Below, one piece after another: positions 24,647 to 38,703 of a stretch of DNA of 64,000 bases. The first letter of the stretch is position 1; the number at the start of each line of letters is the position of its first letter. The DNA comes from Asterias rubens (taxonomy: Eukaryota): NCBI RefSeq assembly GCF_902459465.1, contig NC_047067.1, positions 186,001 through 250,000 on the forward strand, given 5' to 3'. Both the position numbers and the translations under genes were made by a program. The notes under the pieces were generated by a model. It saw nothing but the letters and a program-made list of their open reading frames with translations, did no database searches and was not told the origin of the DNA.

Positions 24647-26217
24647 ATGAATTCATGGCTAAATTAGCTCAAATGGAAGACAAAAACTGCCTTTCCAAAA
24701 GTCACAAAGGTTGCGTTGTGTTGTTCACCGATGAAACGAGAAGTTGCCTGCGTCACATTGATGGCAGGAGACGGGTGTGGCGTCGAGTTGGAGAGCAACA
24801 TGCAGAGTGCTGTGGTTAACCAGTTACAGCCTATGGTGGTGGGAGTGTCATGGTGTGGGGTGGTATAAACCTTACCAGGAAAACACAACTTGTGCAGATT
24901 GTTGGCAACCTGACAGCGCAACGATATGTTGACGAAGTGCTGCGTCCACATGTCGCACCACTTGCTGCAGCCCATCGTGGAACGACCACACAGAGGGAGA
25001 GTAACTACTGCTTTTCTGGTTGATGAAGGCATTAAACGAAAGGTGTGGCCAGCAAGCTCGCCTGACCTCAATCCCATCCCTGTGGGACTAGCTGAAGCGA
25101 TCTGCATATCCCCACATCAATCCAACAGCAACCTAGCTCACCTGTCCCATCTTCTGCAGGTTGTGGAATGCCATCCCAGAGCAGCGTGTCACCAGACTGA
25201 TCAACACCATGACCATGGAGGTAGACCTCCATGCCATGACGGTGCCAGGCGGTCATTGACAGGCGTGGTGGATACACCCGTTACTGGCCTGCAGATTTGA
25301 TAAACCTTTGTGACTTTTGAAAAGGGCAGTTTGTGTCTTCCATTTGAGCACATTCAGCCATGAATTCATGGACATCTTTCATTTTCACACAACACTTAGG
25401 AAACATGTCATAGAATTACTTCTCAATTAGTTGCATTGGTAAAATGTTTTACCTTACGATGTTATGACGAACTGTTGAGGGGGACTTACTTTTGTTGATG
25501 TGTTTATGTTAGATGACGACTTCTTGAGATGGAATTCTTAATAAAACACAAACGGGTAAGAGTATCGCATGGACTTAAACTATTGCTTATGTTGAAATGA
25601 ATACGTTGTTAACTACAATTGTACGAACAGTACATGTACATGATTGTTCTAATTCCAAAGCTTGACTATTGTACAAATCACCAAATTAACATTTCCCAAA
25701 AGGCGTTGCCAACTGAAGATAATTATGTCGTCATTATTTCAACGATCGTCGTGGAAAACTAGTGACCATAATAACGTAACGAGTTTCCCCTTGGTTAGCC
25801 TGAACGTCTGACGTCATTCTTCGAGGCTCGTGAATAACGCCAGAGACCGGCCAAAAACCGGCGTGTGGTTTGACCTTTGACCTCTCATAGAGATACGCAC
25901 AAATTCTACACCAACATTACCAAGCAAGTATTATACCGTATCCACCATGTATACATACTACCACACACGTGGACACACACGTGCGGACGACCGAAAGTAA
26001 GCTTTCCATACCTGTGTTTTAATTGGCCAACCGAGGTGACCTCGGACCAATCAAAACAAACCCAGCTACGGTAGCTTTCAGTCACTGCATCTATCCAACG
26101 TTATCATTATACCAAATGGAATCATTGGATCTGAATAGCTGGTACATGTACCTGTCTTTATCCTTGCGGATAAAGACAGGGGCCCAGTCTACCCCTTGGT
26201 TGAAGTCTCTTACTTAT

Positions 26218-26367
26218 GGTGCATTCGTTTAGCTTCCCTGAGTCGACCCCGGTGTGTGGCGGTTTTTTTTTCCAGGACGAACGTGTGCATATAATTACCC
26301 ACGTTCGTCTTGGAAGTAAAAACCGCCACACACCGGGGTCGACCCAGGGAAGCTAAACGAACGCACC
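26218..26367. mobile_element. Palindromic MITE (~150 bp)
   Basis: ggtgcattcgtttagcttccctgagtcgaccccggtgtgtggcggtttt ... aaaaccgccacacaccggggtcgacccagggaagctaaacgaacgcacc. Confidence 0.85.
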
Positions 26368-26779
26368 CTATAATATCAGTAGATAACTCCAGCCAGTGGG
26401 CTATTGTCCCTATGCTCACTATCAATGCTGATAGTATCAGTATTTCTAAAAGGCCCTTTCACACTTCGAACAATCTCCATGTTGAACACGGGTCTGACAC
26501 GTGTTAACAATGAACCCTAACAGTTTAAACACTGCAACTTTTCAACACGGCAGTAAACCGTGTCGAGCTCAATAATCTATGTCGACATTTACCCTACTCG
26601 CTATCCTAGTACACTCATGGAGGTAGTAGTACAACCAATCCGCAGCACACTGAATTTCATTTCCTTTTATCTGAAAAGTTTCAACCAAAATAATGTACCA
26701 GTAAATTGAAACGAAGAGCATAACTGTCGTTTTGTTATTGTATGAACTCAAATTTTAAAAAGTTGCTTCAACAAGAAAG

Positions 26780-27165
26780 AAAACAAGTCAAATTTTCCCG
26801 TTATGAATGTCGGCAACAGTCCCCATTAGTATACATGTATATGGACAGATTATTTCATATTCTTCCCGAAAATCTTAAAAGCGAGACCGGATCGTAGCTA
26901 GTCCAGTCTTGCAGCATACATCGATTTCCACCAGTAGTCCAGAACTCCCGTTACGAAAGAAATGAACTTTTAGACAGCATGGTTTAGATGCACGGTGTTT
27001 AGATGCACGGTGATTGGATGGCGATGACATCATCGATTGATATGGCAGCGTGCTGTTTTTCGTGGGTATTGTGCCCCGACCCCAAAGCCAGCGTTCGTCA
27101 ATAACAAAAGACCCTGTCTAGCATGAGCTGACCCCCCCCCCCCACATTCAGCTCATGTTTTTTTT
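26780..27165. repeat. Interspersed repeat, reverse-oriented relative of 36520-36850
   Basis: Shared blocks such as gcgagaccggatcgtagctagtccagtc / gactggactatagctacgatccggtctcgc and tgtctagcatgagctga / tcagctcatgctagaca. Confidence 0.75.
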
Positions 27166-28158
27166 TATCGCCACTCCGCACTTATTTCGCCCGCTGTTTG
27201 TCATCACCTTCTTCTTTGTTGCTTTAGCGAACGATCTAAAATGTTGCGCGTGGAATTTGTAAACGTACTCAAGCTAGCAACCGTTGGCGAAATTGGTTTA
27301 CGCTAAAGCATTTTGTATTGTTACATTAAGCAAAACAATTTGCTTACCGTTAAGCAAATCTATAGAATTTGGCCCTTCTGGGGTTAACTCGGATCCTTGT
27401 TAAGCTACTAGCTGGTACCGCGGTGGTGCTTGCATTGGTGTTACGCAAGGAAGATTCAAAATGACCTTTGACCCGCATCATCAATTAATCACCTGTCCAT
27501 TACGAATTGAAGACAATCATTCACAATTAAATTATGTCGCATGCTTCGAGAGAAGAGCCATTTTCTTTCGAAACATCAGGAATATCCGATAAACTTTTTT
27601 ATATAAATAATTTAAAATTACAGGATAATATTAATACATCAGAAACATTAACAATTTAAAAGCGAAAGACAAGAGAGACGTAATGAGAAGTAAAACATAG
27701 ACAATAAATTGTAAAAAGCACAGTAAACTAACAAACCCGACGGAGGCCAACCAAAAACCCCAACAAACAAACAAACAAACAAACAAACAAACAAGCTAAC
27801 AACTCCACAAACCAAAGTTGAACTTTGCCTTTATTAATTTTCCGCAATAGTATTATTATTAAACCGCACCAACTTAAAATAAATCCAATATGTACACACT
27901 TTTGTTTTTAATCCGATCAACTCGCCAATATGGAAACACAACATGAACCTGAACATTTCATACAGAAGAAAAAACATTGGAACATCATTAAAAAGTGTTT
28001 AGTTTTCAATTTGTTTTCTGAAGAAAATTTGAAAAGCACAGACGTCGTCCCCCAAACCTTACGGACTGTCTTATTTAACATCCTTCATCGATTGTAAATA
28101 ATACCGACTTAAATTCTTTATTTAAAAGTAAAGTGGGTTTTTTCCCCAGTTAGCTTAA

Positions 28159-28770
28159 AGGAACATTACAGAATTGGTGTTGCTGGTAGTGTCAGCACTT
28201 TATGTTATCCACCATACTATACATTAGATGACAAACCTGTACAAATTTGAGATCGATTTGCCATCCGGGTGGCAAGACATTGTGAAAAACCGATTACAAA
28301 CTCCAAACGCAAAATTTGAATAATTTGTTCTCATCAAATATCATTTGACATTATTCAGACAGAAATATTTCAAGGGGTGTTTTCTACTATCAGCATCATA
28401 TATCGTGTAAGTTTTATGTAATTCTGTGAGCTTCAATAATAATAATAATAATAATAATAGCCAGTATTTATAAAGCGCAAAAAGCAGCGGCATCGAAGCG
28501 CTGTTAACAAACATTAAAAATCTTTAGCAACAAAATAGACAATCTAAAAAATACCTTATGCTACATTAAAGCCATTATACACTTTCGGTAAACAGTATTG
28601 TCCAAGGCCTACACTTCGTGTATCACAACTAATATATAAAATAACAAACCTGTGAAAATTTAGGTTCAATCGGTCATCGGAGTCGGGAGAAAATAACGGG
28701 AAAACCCATTCTTGTTTCCGCACGTTTTGCCTTCACGATTTTTGTTTCTTACCAATTCTGTAACGTTCCT
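28159..28770. mobile_element. Kolobok-type MITE, family 3, with nested fragments
   Basis: ttaa|aggaacattacagaattggt ... accaattctgtaacgttcct; contains a reverse LINE tail (~28436-28520) and a partial family-2 MITE (~28566-28735). Confidence 0.7.
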
Positions 28771-28948
28771 TTATTTAACAGTGATAAACAACCAACAGCA
28801 ACAACAAACAGAAAAAAGAAAGAAAAAAGACAAGTAATAACCGCCCAACTGACCCAAACAAACAAATAAACAAACAAACAAACGAGAACATTCGTCACTA
28901 CTCTACACAAAGAGGAGAGCTCAGCTAAGCAAAGACCGTAAAGCTTAA

Positions 28949-30012
28949 AGGAACATTGTAGAATGGTTTTTTTGCTAAGCAAAACAGTTGCTGGCAGTGT
29001 AAGCACTTAAAGTAATCCACCCTATACATTAACTGACAAACCTGTCGAAGTTTGAGATCGATCGGCCTTATATATGTAGATCACCAGAGATCATAGTAAG
29101 AACAGAATACGATTACAAGTTGCCCAAACAAAAAATGAATAACGCTCACTGAGCGATTAACTCCAAACGCAAAATTAGATTATTTATTTCTCATCAAATA
29201 TGACATTTCAGACAGAAATATTTCAAGGGGTGTTTTCTACTATCATCATCATTAGACCGTGTACGTTTTATGTCAATCTGTGATCATCATCACGATTTTT
29301 GTTCAGAGATGCCAAGTCCAGAGGCCAGCTTTGCGTGAGATTTTTCAAAGCTCACAACCACCACCCCCCCCCCCCCCCCGAAAAAGAAAACATTTCAGTT
29401 TAAGAAGGCCTTTCGAAATCGCCGCCCAACTTTTTTTTTTTTTTTTATAAAATAAACAAATTACACATTTAATTGTGGACAAAAAAGTGTTCAAAAATGC
29501 ATCAAACACCTGTTCAGAATAATTAAAACTCACATGAGGTACACAGGAGATGTTGATGGTTAATGTGGAGGTACGATTGTGTCAGATTATTTCCCCCAAA
29601 AATAAAAATAAAATCGACTAAAATTGATGTCCAAAATCCTCCGCTCACTTCTTCTGCCTGTTGTGTCTTCGCTAGTGGAGCGCATTTAACGAATTTGCTA
29701 AACGAATCGGGAAAAACTTGTGCGCAATAAGCGATTTGCGATTTTAGCTGAACCTGCTGGGAGAGCAAACGCGTGCGCAATCTGCAAATTGCAAGATTGT
29801 GCAAACATTGTAGATTGCGTTTATAGTACACACGAACGCGATTTGGCAATGCATTGTCGTTGACTTAAATTTTTTTCCCGGTCTGGCCCCATGCGTGAGA
29901 AAATGGTTGCTGTGCGTGTGAGCGTGAGACAGAGCCCAAATGCGTGAGTCTCACGCCTAATGCGTGAGACTTGGTAGGTCTGTTTGTTTCTGACCAATTC
30001 TGTAACGTTGCT
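28949..30012. mobile_element. Kolobok-type element, family 3
   Basis: ttaa|aggaacattgtagaatgg ... ccaattctgtaacgttgct|ttaa; internally similar to the 28159 copy. Confidence 0.7.
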
Positions 30013-31568
30013 TTAACAATAGTAATCAAAATATACCCATACAAGTATATAATCAAAGCGACTTGCGACGCATTTATATCAGTTGATAATAATAATAACA
30101 ACAATAATAATAAAGAGCATTTATACCGCCTTACAAGTGGGGAGGGAACAAAAAAGGGGGCATGCTTGATTACTTCTGGCCGATGATGGCTTATTAGAAA
30201 TGCCGAGGATTCTATTTATGCTTCTTCCAGTTTCTGTATCGACGCCGTGAATACGCTTTAATTAAAGGAGCACAAAGGGATTTCCTTTATGAATAATGCT
30301 TCGGCTCAGTAAGAGCAGGGGCAGTTTATGCAGAATGACGCTGCAGTCCCAACCAAGGCCGTACTATGGTTAATGAGATACATGAGTAGAATTAAGTATA
30401 ATAATTTCAATGTCTATGGTTGGACCCTATATTGAACGGTCAGCTTCATCAAAAAGACGCAGTGCACACTGTTAAAGTTTAAAACTGTATTTTGTTTTCG
30501 TAAGTTATAAATACCACCTTTAAGTGTAACTGCTTATTGTCCCGTCGGTCGTCTTCGGTTTCCAGCTGTTACTTTTGTAAGATTGATGTTTATTTTCCCA
30601 CGATTGGGATCAAACGATGCCATGATACATGTTATTGTATCAACCTAAAAATGTTTCACGGGCTTTGTCCTTATCCTGCTGATTACTAGCAACTAAAGTA
30701 ATCGATCATAAATTCAGAATCACACACACAAACAAAATGCGGTTGTCCAAACGACTTCTGTCATTGGTTGGTTAGATTCTAAACGAGTACATCATGAAAC
30801 AGATTCCACATATCTCACGTTGGGTCGAGATCGTACCTTCATGATTATAATCATGCCGGGACAGCAGTCGACAGATTGTTATTTGACTACGAATAATCAG
30901 AACTTAATTTAAACTATTTAGTTTACCTGCTCACGGTCATTCATGATGGCATGTTCCATTGTTGGACTGGACCCAAAAATCTAGTTGCCTTTTGATACAG
31001 TACAAACAAAGCTACCCTAGTACAAGCATAGAGAAACAAGTAAAGGCTGCCTAAAGCTCGCTGGACTGACAATGAATACGCTCAAAATGACGATAATGTG
31101 TGGGCCTCCATGCCCCAATTGTAGTTGAAGCTTTCTCCACGTCCCTTGTGTACTGTGTAGACGGTTTCTGCATGAGTGACCTAGGTCACTAAGTCCACGT
31201 CGTTGTCACCTTGGCAACGCTGAATATAAATGAGCTCTTACGAGTGCTGTGGTGGACGCGTGCACCTGTGTGTACTGGCTACGCCGCATAATTATCATTG
31301 TGTAGGGTGCCCCGATTGTTTTCATTGGTCGAGCTCTCCTCATTAACATTTCAAGACGCTTATGGCTGAGAGTGAATTTACCAGTTGTGTACGTATACAT
31401 TCTCGAACACAGTATACAATTCGTAGTAGTCATATGGATCTCATAATCACACTTTGTTGTGGTTCTTGATGAGACGTCACTCTTGAAGCAGCTTTAGAAC
31501 ATGCGCAGTGTATCGGCTCCGATCGGTACCATACGAAACCAAAGTAACCAACAAGAAATAAACATATA

Positions 31569-33105
31569 GGGCCGTAACTACGAAAGCCGTTTAACCCATT
31601 AGATGCGTATAAATTAGTAGTCACTGTATAAACCCCGTGTCTAACTTCAATCAGGTACTACAAAGCTTGCTTTTAGTTAGCCGCGTTTAATTACCATTAC
31701 AGCATGGTCCTCCATGATTAGAGTTAAACATTGATTATAACAAACAATAGCAGTTCTTAAACATGGTACGGGGGTTGTTTAGTGAGTATTCTGAGCCATT
31801 TAGAAGCCAGATATGTACACAGAAAGGTAGAAAGGTGGACAGGATGGATGGGCTCCAAATCTTCTTAATTGCACAAGAGGAGGATGACGAACAAGAAAAT
31901 CGTCATGGTCGCCAACACCAGCGTCCACCAAGAGTTTTTAGGGACAAGGTGAATCCCTTATAAGAGTATGAAGAAGAGCACCTTGTTTATGGCTTTTCCT
32001 GATGGTTTAAACAAACAAACAAACCAACAAACAAACAACTTTGTAGTTTAATCAGGAATTAAATTTACGATCTTGGCCAGCTGGGTATTTTTTATTTATT
32101 TATTTTTTATGTCGACTTTTATTTTATTTGTTTCCTTTTGGTAACTAATGATTTTCGATTTGCAGTTATTTCCTTGACCCACCATTCCACAATTTCGAAC
32201 AAAACGTTAATGTTTTCACACTGACTATTTGTAGTCCTTTGCAGATCGGTTTTTACGGTCAGGAAACGAGATGGACATTTCTGAAGTGATAGCTTTCCAG
32301 GCGTCACCTTTTTTTCTGGTTGGCTTCTGTGTCACATCGTTTGTCACCAATAATGGAAATGAAGTCCCTCATGGTCTCAACGAGAGCCATCCTTCCGTCG
32401 GCAGCGAAAATTGTCACTGCGTTGCTTTTAATCAGCCATGGCTGTGGAGTATCGAAGTAAGGACCTGCTGAAGATTTCTCTATACTGGTGCCTATCATTA
32501 TGTTCATGTTGTTGCGCAATCCTCTATCTACATAACAATGAATTTAAAGCCATTGGACCCTTTCGGTAAACAGTATTGTCCAAGGCCCACACTTCGTGTA
32601 TCACAACTTCTATATCAAATAACAAACCTGTGAAAATTTGGGCTTAATCGGTCATCGGAGTCGGGAAAAAATAACGGGAAAACCCACCCTTGTATCCGCG
32701 CGTTTCGCCGTGTCATGACATGTGTTTAAAATAAATCCGTAATTCTCGTTAACGAGAATTGATATTGTTTTACTGTTTTCTCAAAAAGTAAAGCATTTCA
32801 TGGAATAATATTTCAAGAGAAGTATTTCACCACTATCTTCTGTAAACCCTGTATTGGTAAAAATGTGAACTTTTTTCTGTACCGAAAGGGTCCAATGGCT
32901 TTAACAATATGGACCTCGGTCAATAAGTTTAAGACTGTCCTATCCTCGTGTAACTAGCTAGTTACACAAGGATAACTAAGCAACTTTTAAAGATATTTCG
33001 TAAGACTTGTTTAATTCAGGTGTTTAGGAAGATGCGTGTAACTTGGATTTATCCACGACTATATACTACACTAGAAAGATAAACGCCTTTCGATAGTTAC
33101 AGCCC
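31569..33105. mobile_element. Deleted PIF/Harbinger transposon with transposase (+) and Myb/SANT-like (-) remnants
   Basis: TIR gggccgtaactacgaaagccgttta / taaacgcctttcgatagttacagccc with 3-bp duplication ATA; + remnant ...RPPRVFRDKVNPL*EY (~31844-31995); frameshifted - remnant KQRSDNF..MALVETMRDFISIIGDKRCDTEANQKK/GDAWKAITSEM (~32205-32440). Confidence 0.8.
32548..32900. mobile_element. Kolobok-type MITE, family 2, nested in the Harbinger element
   Basis: TTAA|agccattggaccctttcggta ... taccgaaagggtccaatggct|TTAA. Confidence 0.9.
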
Positions 33106-34443
33106 ATAGATTTAGAAGAAATCCATGAGCATACCACGCAGAATTAACAAGAAACGCAGTGAGCATTGAAACCAATAGAGCTAAATTAATAATGTAATGT
33201 TAAGAGCAAAGTCCACTTCAAAAAAAAGGCGAAAACAAATAATAATAATAATATAATAAAAAGATACTTATAAAGCGCCAAGTTGTCACGAAGGCCTCAA
33301 ATCGCTAGACACAAAGGTAAAAAAGTAATTTCCAAAATACAACATTACAGTACAGAGGGTTTCCGAAGAAAACAATTTAAAAAGAAAATTAAAATTAAAG
33401 AGCCGCAAATTTGTATATGACCACAAACCATGCACAAACAATTGCTAAGTGATGAACGTGCTTTACCACGACACAAACACGTGGACAAATTGCCAGTGTA
33501 CGTACCCATGGCAATGCAGACGTCGCTTCATTAAGTTGCCATAGTTATATATGATAAATTATCCGTTGGTATACTTTGATAAATTTAATCAGAGACCCTC
33601 CCTTTACAATAAAATACACTTTTTGTTCATCTCTGGATCCTTTCAATTGGCACAAACCGACAAACGCTGCATAAACATTGTTAACTTTAAATATTTAAAT
33701 TTAAAATCGCCTTGAATTATTTTGGACAACAAATTGTTTTTATTAAAAGATTTTTCCGACACCTAGGCCTATGTAATTGTCAATGCACACCCGCCTGAAA
33801 TACGATTTAAATTTATGATGGAAGTTGATCGGTATATTATGGTTTAAAAAAAAATGACATGAGTACCTAACAGCACCGATAAACAAATGATCATCAATCA
33901 ATATAAGATATTTAATCCAATATTTGCAACAACAAACAATAGTTTCAAATGTAATTTCTGCACATGAGAAGTAGTAGCCTATAGTTTGCATTCGTGTACA
34001 ACTCCATCAAGGTATAAGCATTGTGATTATACATTTTGGAACGTTATTTTAGAAGTCACTTGAGCGTGTCAATCCCATACTGACAGGTTTTCTTCGCGCA
34101 TGAACGAGTTATTGAAACTCCGTTCAAACAGCCGCTTGTGTGATTTCTAAATCGTGCTCGTTTCACACATAAGCCATATGGACGACCGTAGAGATAATTT
34201 CTATACGAACCGCGCCCCCCACATCCAGTGAATGACTTCGAAAAATGCATTGTTTAATATGAACCATTTTTGTAGAACGCATATCACAATCACAGAGAAG
34301 TCCCTTTGCGCTTTGAGGTGAAAACAAAAGAGAAGTAAAAGTAACAGAGATGTAAAGTAAATACAAAAGCAAAAATTAGTTGATACAGAAAGAAGTACTG
34401 AAGGCTATTACAAAAATAAATGTGTTTTTAACTTTGTCTTTAA

Positions 34444-34926
34444 AGGGTGGCTGCAGTATTTTTTGTTCATAATTTAAACGATTAAACATGACTTTTTAAA
34501 CCTGAAATATATATATATTTTTTTTTATTAAACGCGCAAGTATTTTAAAAATGGTTTTCAAGAAATTAGGGGAACCCACCCCGCCCCTAAAAGGGGCAAA
34601 AACGTGACGTCATGTCGGGAACCCGAGCCGTCGGGCCCCCTTGGCTGCGTGCATACAGAGAGGTGTGCACTGTGTGGCCTGGTACCTAGGCGCGTGTAGT
34701 TAGGGACCAGACTCATTTTGCCGACGATATGTTTGAATTCCCGACGTGACGTCGATGGTAGGGGGCGGTAACAATCCTCAAAAGAGGGGGCATGACTTAT
34801 TCGCTAATTATGCAAGTGAGATATGTCGGGGGAAAACAAAACGCATTTTATTGAGGTTCAATACATATATCAAAAATAAATGACAGCAAAATTAACTGTT
34901 TTATTTTAATTCACTGCAGCATCCCT
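34444..34926. mobile_element. Kolobok-type MITE, family 4
   Basis: TTAA|agggtggctgcagt ... actgcagcatccct|TTAA with GC-rich subterminal inverted segments. Confidence 0.75.
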
Positions 34927-36519
34927 TTAATAAATTCACTGTTTGAGCTTGTTTTAAGGTGTCCGGAACACTATTCCATATTTCTGCTGCAGCTGCTACA
35001 AAAGCTCAGGCCCCATAAAATTTAGTAAAAGTCGAGGGACAAACTAAGAGATACCTGGATTTAGAGCGGAGATTATAAACTCTTCAAGTACAGTACGCCG
35101 CATCGACAAATGTAAAGTGAAAAAGAAAAACAAAACAAAACAAAAACTAGACTTCCGAAATCTGTCAATGCTTTCAGTGCAGGAATATGAAGAAAAAAAT
35201 GAACTACTTCCCATATACAGATAATGTAAATAAAAGGTATAAACGGGCTGATTATTAGTAATGCGTCTTTTGAGACGCGATAACATTTTTGGAACTACCG
35301 GACACCTAAACGATGAACACAATTGAATACCAACCATTTTGATCAACCGCTGGTGACCGGAAAGTTGCAAAAATGTAAAAATAATATGCTATGATGTTTC
35401 CATGTAAACACCACAAACGGTCAATGTGTATTCACAATATATTCAATGATTCAACTTTACACGAAGGCAACGGTGCAGAGCGGCGGTACCACGGGTTCTG
35501 TACAAAGAGATCTAATCCCGCTCGTTAATCGGCCGTCCAGCTGGAGGTCTCCTATCTTTTTTCACTTGTCAGACAGGGCATTGTCAGGGTATTCTTTTGT
35601 TACTCTGCGGTTTTGCGGGTCGTTCGAGCTCCTTCTCTTCCTTCCTCCATGCTTACACGAGAAAAAAAACGACGCGTACATCCAATGGTAGCAAAATTAG
35701 CAACAAGTAGCAGTAAGCAGATCAATAAATGTGATAAACACATCGTGGGGCCGTTTTGATTACCAGAGAGCTTGTGGAAAAAAAACAGCCAGACAAACAA
35801 ACAAGCAAACGAGCTCAAACGGACAGACAACGCAGACACGTCCAACCACGCCCAATACATAACAAAAACATTGATCGAACATGAGTTTAATTGTCGTTGC
35901 GGAAATTATTACGTACATTATGCTGCACATTGTAAGCACGTATAAATGAACAGCATGACAACAAAACAAGGTTGCCGATTTACAGAATTCAAAAGTAATT
36001 GGTAACTTATTTTTCGCTTATCTTTATTACTTGAACAGCTGTTTAATTGTTCTCTCGCTGTCATTCAACTAACGTTCCCGAATGATTACATAACGAAGAA
36101 AGAATCAACATTAACCCTTTACATGTTTTTTAAAGGTAGTTTGTGTTTTTTAACGTGGTAATAATTAACTTAATTTTATGAAAATTCTCGCAGTGTAATA
36201 TTTGACATAAACGTCAGCTTTAAATATGTTTTCATAGTTGCCAAACGTGTGATTAGAGCTTCTCGATGTCAACTTATACAGGGCATTATAACGAATTACG
36301 AGGCAACCTACTTTATTTTTAAAGGTGATGGCAAATGGCGTTGAATCTGTGCATGTATGCGCTTTTTACAACAATTACATTTTGCAATTCCCAGATTCTG
36401 CAAAGCGACCAAGATTAAGTCGTACTGAAATGATGTAGACTAATTAAACAGTTACACTTCTTTCCACAACGATTTACTAAACCACGTGAAGATGGTTACT
36501 GTTGTGAATGGTACACTTT

Positions 36520-36850
36520 TTTGAGCTGATCCCCAGATTCAGCTCATGCTAGACATTTTTTATTTACTAACGCTGGCTTGGCAGGCTGGGCACCATACCC
36601 GCGAAAACAGCATGGCTGCTACATCAATGGATGATGTCATCGTCAGCCGATCACCGTGCAGGAAACCCTGCTGTTTAATGGTTGAGGGTTTTTCTCGTAA
36701 CATGAATTGTATCGCTGTATCTTGACTGGACTATAGCTACGATCCGGTCTCGCTTTTAACATCTTGAGGAAGAATATTGAATAATCTATCCATCCTATGA
36801 TCTATCGTATACTCTTGGCGAAATTCATAACGGAACGTGTTTTTGTGAGT
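36520..36850. repeat. Interspersed repeat, reverse-oriented relative of 26780-27165
   Basis: Same shared blocks as the 26780 entry, in opposite orientation. Confidence 0.75.
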
Positions 36851-37951
36851 GTTTTTTTTTTTTGGGGGGGGGGGGGGGGGGTAAGCCCTTTTAGACGTAC
36901 AAATGTCCCTATGAGTTACACCGATTTTTTGTTTCATACAAACGACAGATATGCTCTTTGTTTCAATTCAGGTACATTATTTTTGTTGAGACTTTTCACA
37001 AATGACAGTTCGAAATGACAGAATTCCAGAAGCCCTTTCGACTAATAAATGTTCAAACCGAGGTCGCGCACGAAAACCCATGAATATCTGGCAGATAAAA
37101 TGAAAGGATTTTGTGTGGTGCGGATTGACTGGTAGGCTTCATCAAAAGCTGCAGCTCAGTAGAGTTAACTGTTTTGGATTGATTGGTTGATTTTTAGAGG
37201 AAGAAAAACAGGTCAAGTTATTCCTACCCTTGCTCTATGTTCCTACCAGGTCGTCCTGATAACAATACAGTGTCAATGCAACGCCTCACACCTTTAGAGA
37301 AAACTTAACCTTACAGGAAACTATGACAAGTCGTTAGTTCCAATAACATTTGGTACCAACACCTAAAAGGGGCAATACGGTGCATATGGAACAGTTGGTT
37401 GATGATTGGCATCGTCCAAATTTGAAAAAAAAACTCATGTTAGTCTTAAGAGTGAATCCTAGAGTGAACAGAAACAATTTATGTCACACTGTCAACATTT
37501 ATGTTATTATTATTTTTTACTCGGGGGGGGGGGGGGGGGGAGGAGGGGGTGAACAGAGAAAAACGTTTTGTGATACGATTGACGTCAAATACAATACCGA
37601 ACTACATATGTAAACGCAACCGCACAGCTTGTTCGTGGGTCCTCATTGTAACTATATAAAAATCCTTAATATCTTCAACTATAGGCCAATGTCTCTTACA
37701 TGCCATGCCTTCGTCAGAATGTTAAAACGAGGGTCACGTCAAACCACCATATGAGATTGGGCATTATTAACTCTTTGGTGCACACGCACACATTGCTGGT
37801 TGTGGGTACCTTGATTCCTAAAGGTAATTATTACATGTGTTCCATCGTGCAGCGGGGCCGCAGCCGCGATATCAATACACAATAGGCTCGCAACGCCACG
37901 CCACTATTGCTTTCTCGTAATACTATTATTTTATTCCAGCGCTTCTTTCAA

Positions 37952-38703
37952 AGTCACCTGGAAGTAGATTTTTTTTCCGAACATTAGAGTTAACAGTTTC
38001 TGAACAATAAAATAATTGTTTGAGTAATTGTTTTTAACGATTTATATGTTTTAAAAAAAATTGTGTGGGGGGTGACTCCGCCTACCCCTTTTGTGACGTC
38101 AATCGAGGCAGACTTTGCCTCGATCGAACATCGAACACACATACTTGCAAGTACATTCAAGTCCTAGTCGTGAGTTTGTACGTTTCAAAAAAAAATCTTT
38201 AATTTTTCCAGCAATGTCGACCAGGTGTATCGCTGCTGGACGCAGCAAAACAACTAAAGATGGGGTCAGTTTGCAAGTCTTTCCCAGTGCTTCGAGAATC
38301 CGGAATACACTACACGTTTTGACATGAAGAGAAAAGTTCTTTTCTAAAACATGACGCCATCCCAACAATTATTCCAGCTAGTGGGGAAGTCAAAGAAGGT
38401 ACCTGAAAGACGTAACGAACTTAAAGGAGAATTTGCCTAGCGTAAACAAAATCAGGTATTGTTTCAACTTTGGGTGCATGTTTTTAGTTTGCGGCGTCAC
38501 TATCTTGTGTTGGCACTACATGCGATTCATCGCGCCTCGATTGACGTCACGAACAGCGCCCTCTCGGGCCGGGCTTATTTGTAAATAACATCGAAATTAA
38601 TTTTTTTAAACCTTAGTTAATTGTTTATTCATATTCCACTCATCAAAACACAGATTTTAGTGACAAAAGCTTTGTTTTGACAAAATACCACTTCCAAGTG
38701 ATT
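37952..38703 (+). mobile_element. Kolobok-type non-autonomous element carrying a THAP zinc-finger remnant
   Basis: TIR agtcacctggaagtag / ccacttccaagtgatt|ttaa; internal MSTRCIAAGRSKTTKDGVSLQVFP (from 38214) and LKHDAIPTII (the THAP AVPTIF box). Confidence 0.75.

Larger units (their letters stand above)
23606..25504 (+). mobile_element. Internally deleted Tc1 transposon; left TIR interrupted by an L2 LINE
   Basis: TA|aacacatcaacaaaagtaag ... cttacttttgttgatgtgtt|TA; remnants YGGGSVMVWGGI, LVQIVGNLTAQRYVDEVLRPHV and WPASSPDLNPI (~24750-25250). Confidence 0.9.

Noticed and set aside
31228-31345. Short Cys-rich reading MSSYECCGGRVHLCVLATPHNYHCVGCPDC as a second insulin A-chain
   Set aside because: The cysteine spacing does not fit CC-x3-C-x8-C, there is an upstream in-frame stop, and no B-chain exon or splice sites were found.
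36520-36552. Hairpin plus CTAG as a Helitron end
   Set aside because: Similarity to the 26780-27165 copy continues past the CTAG, so it is not a terminus.
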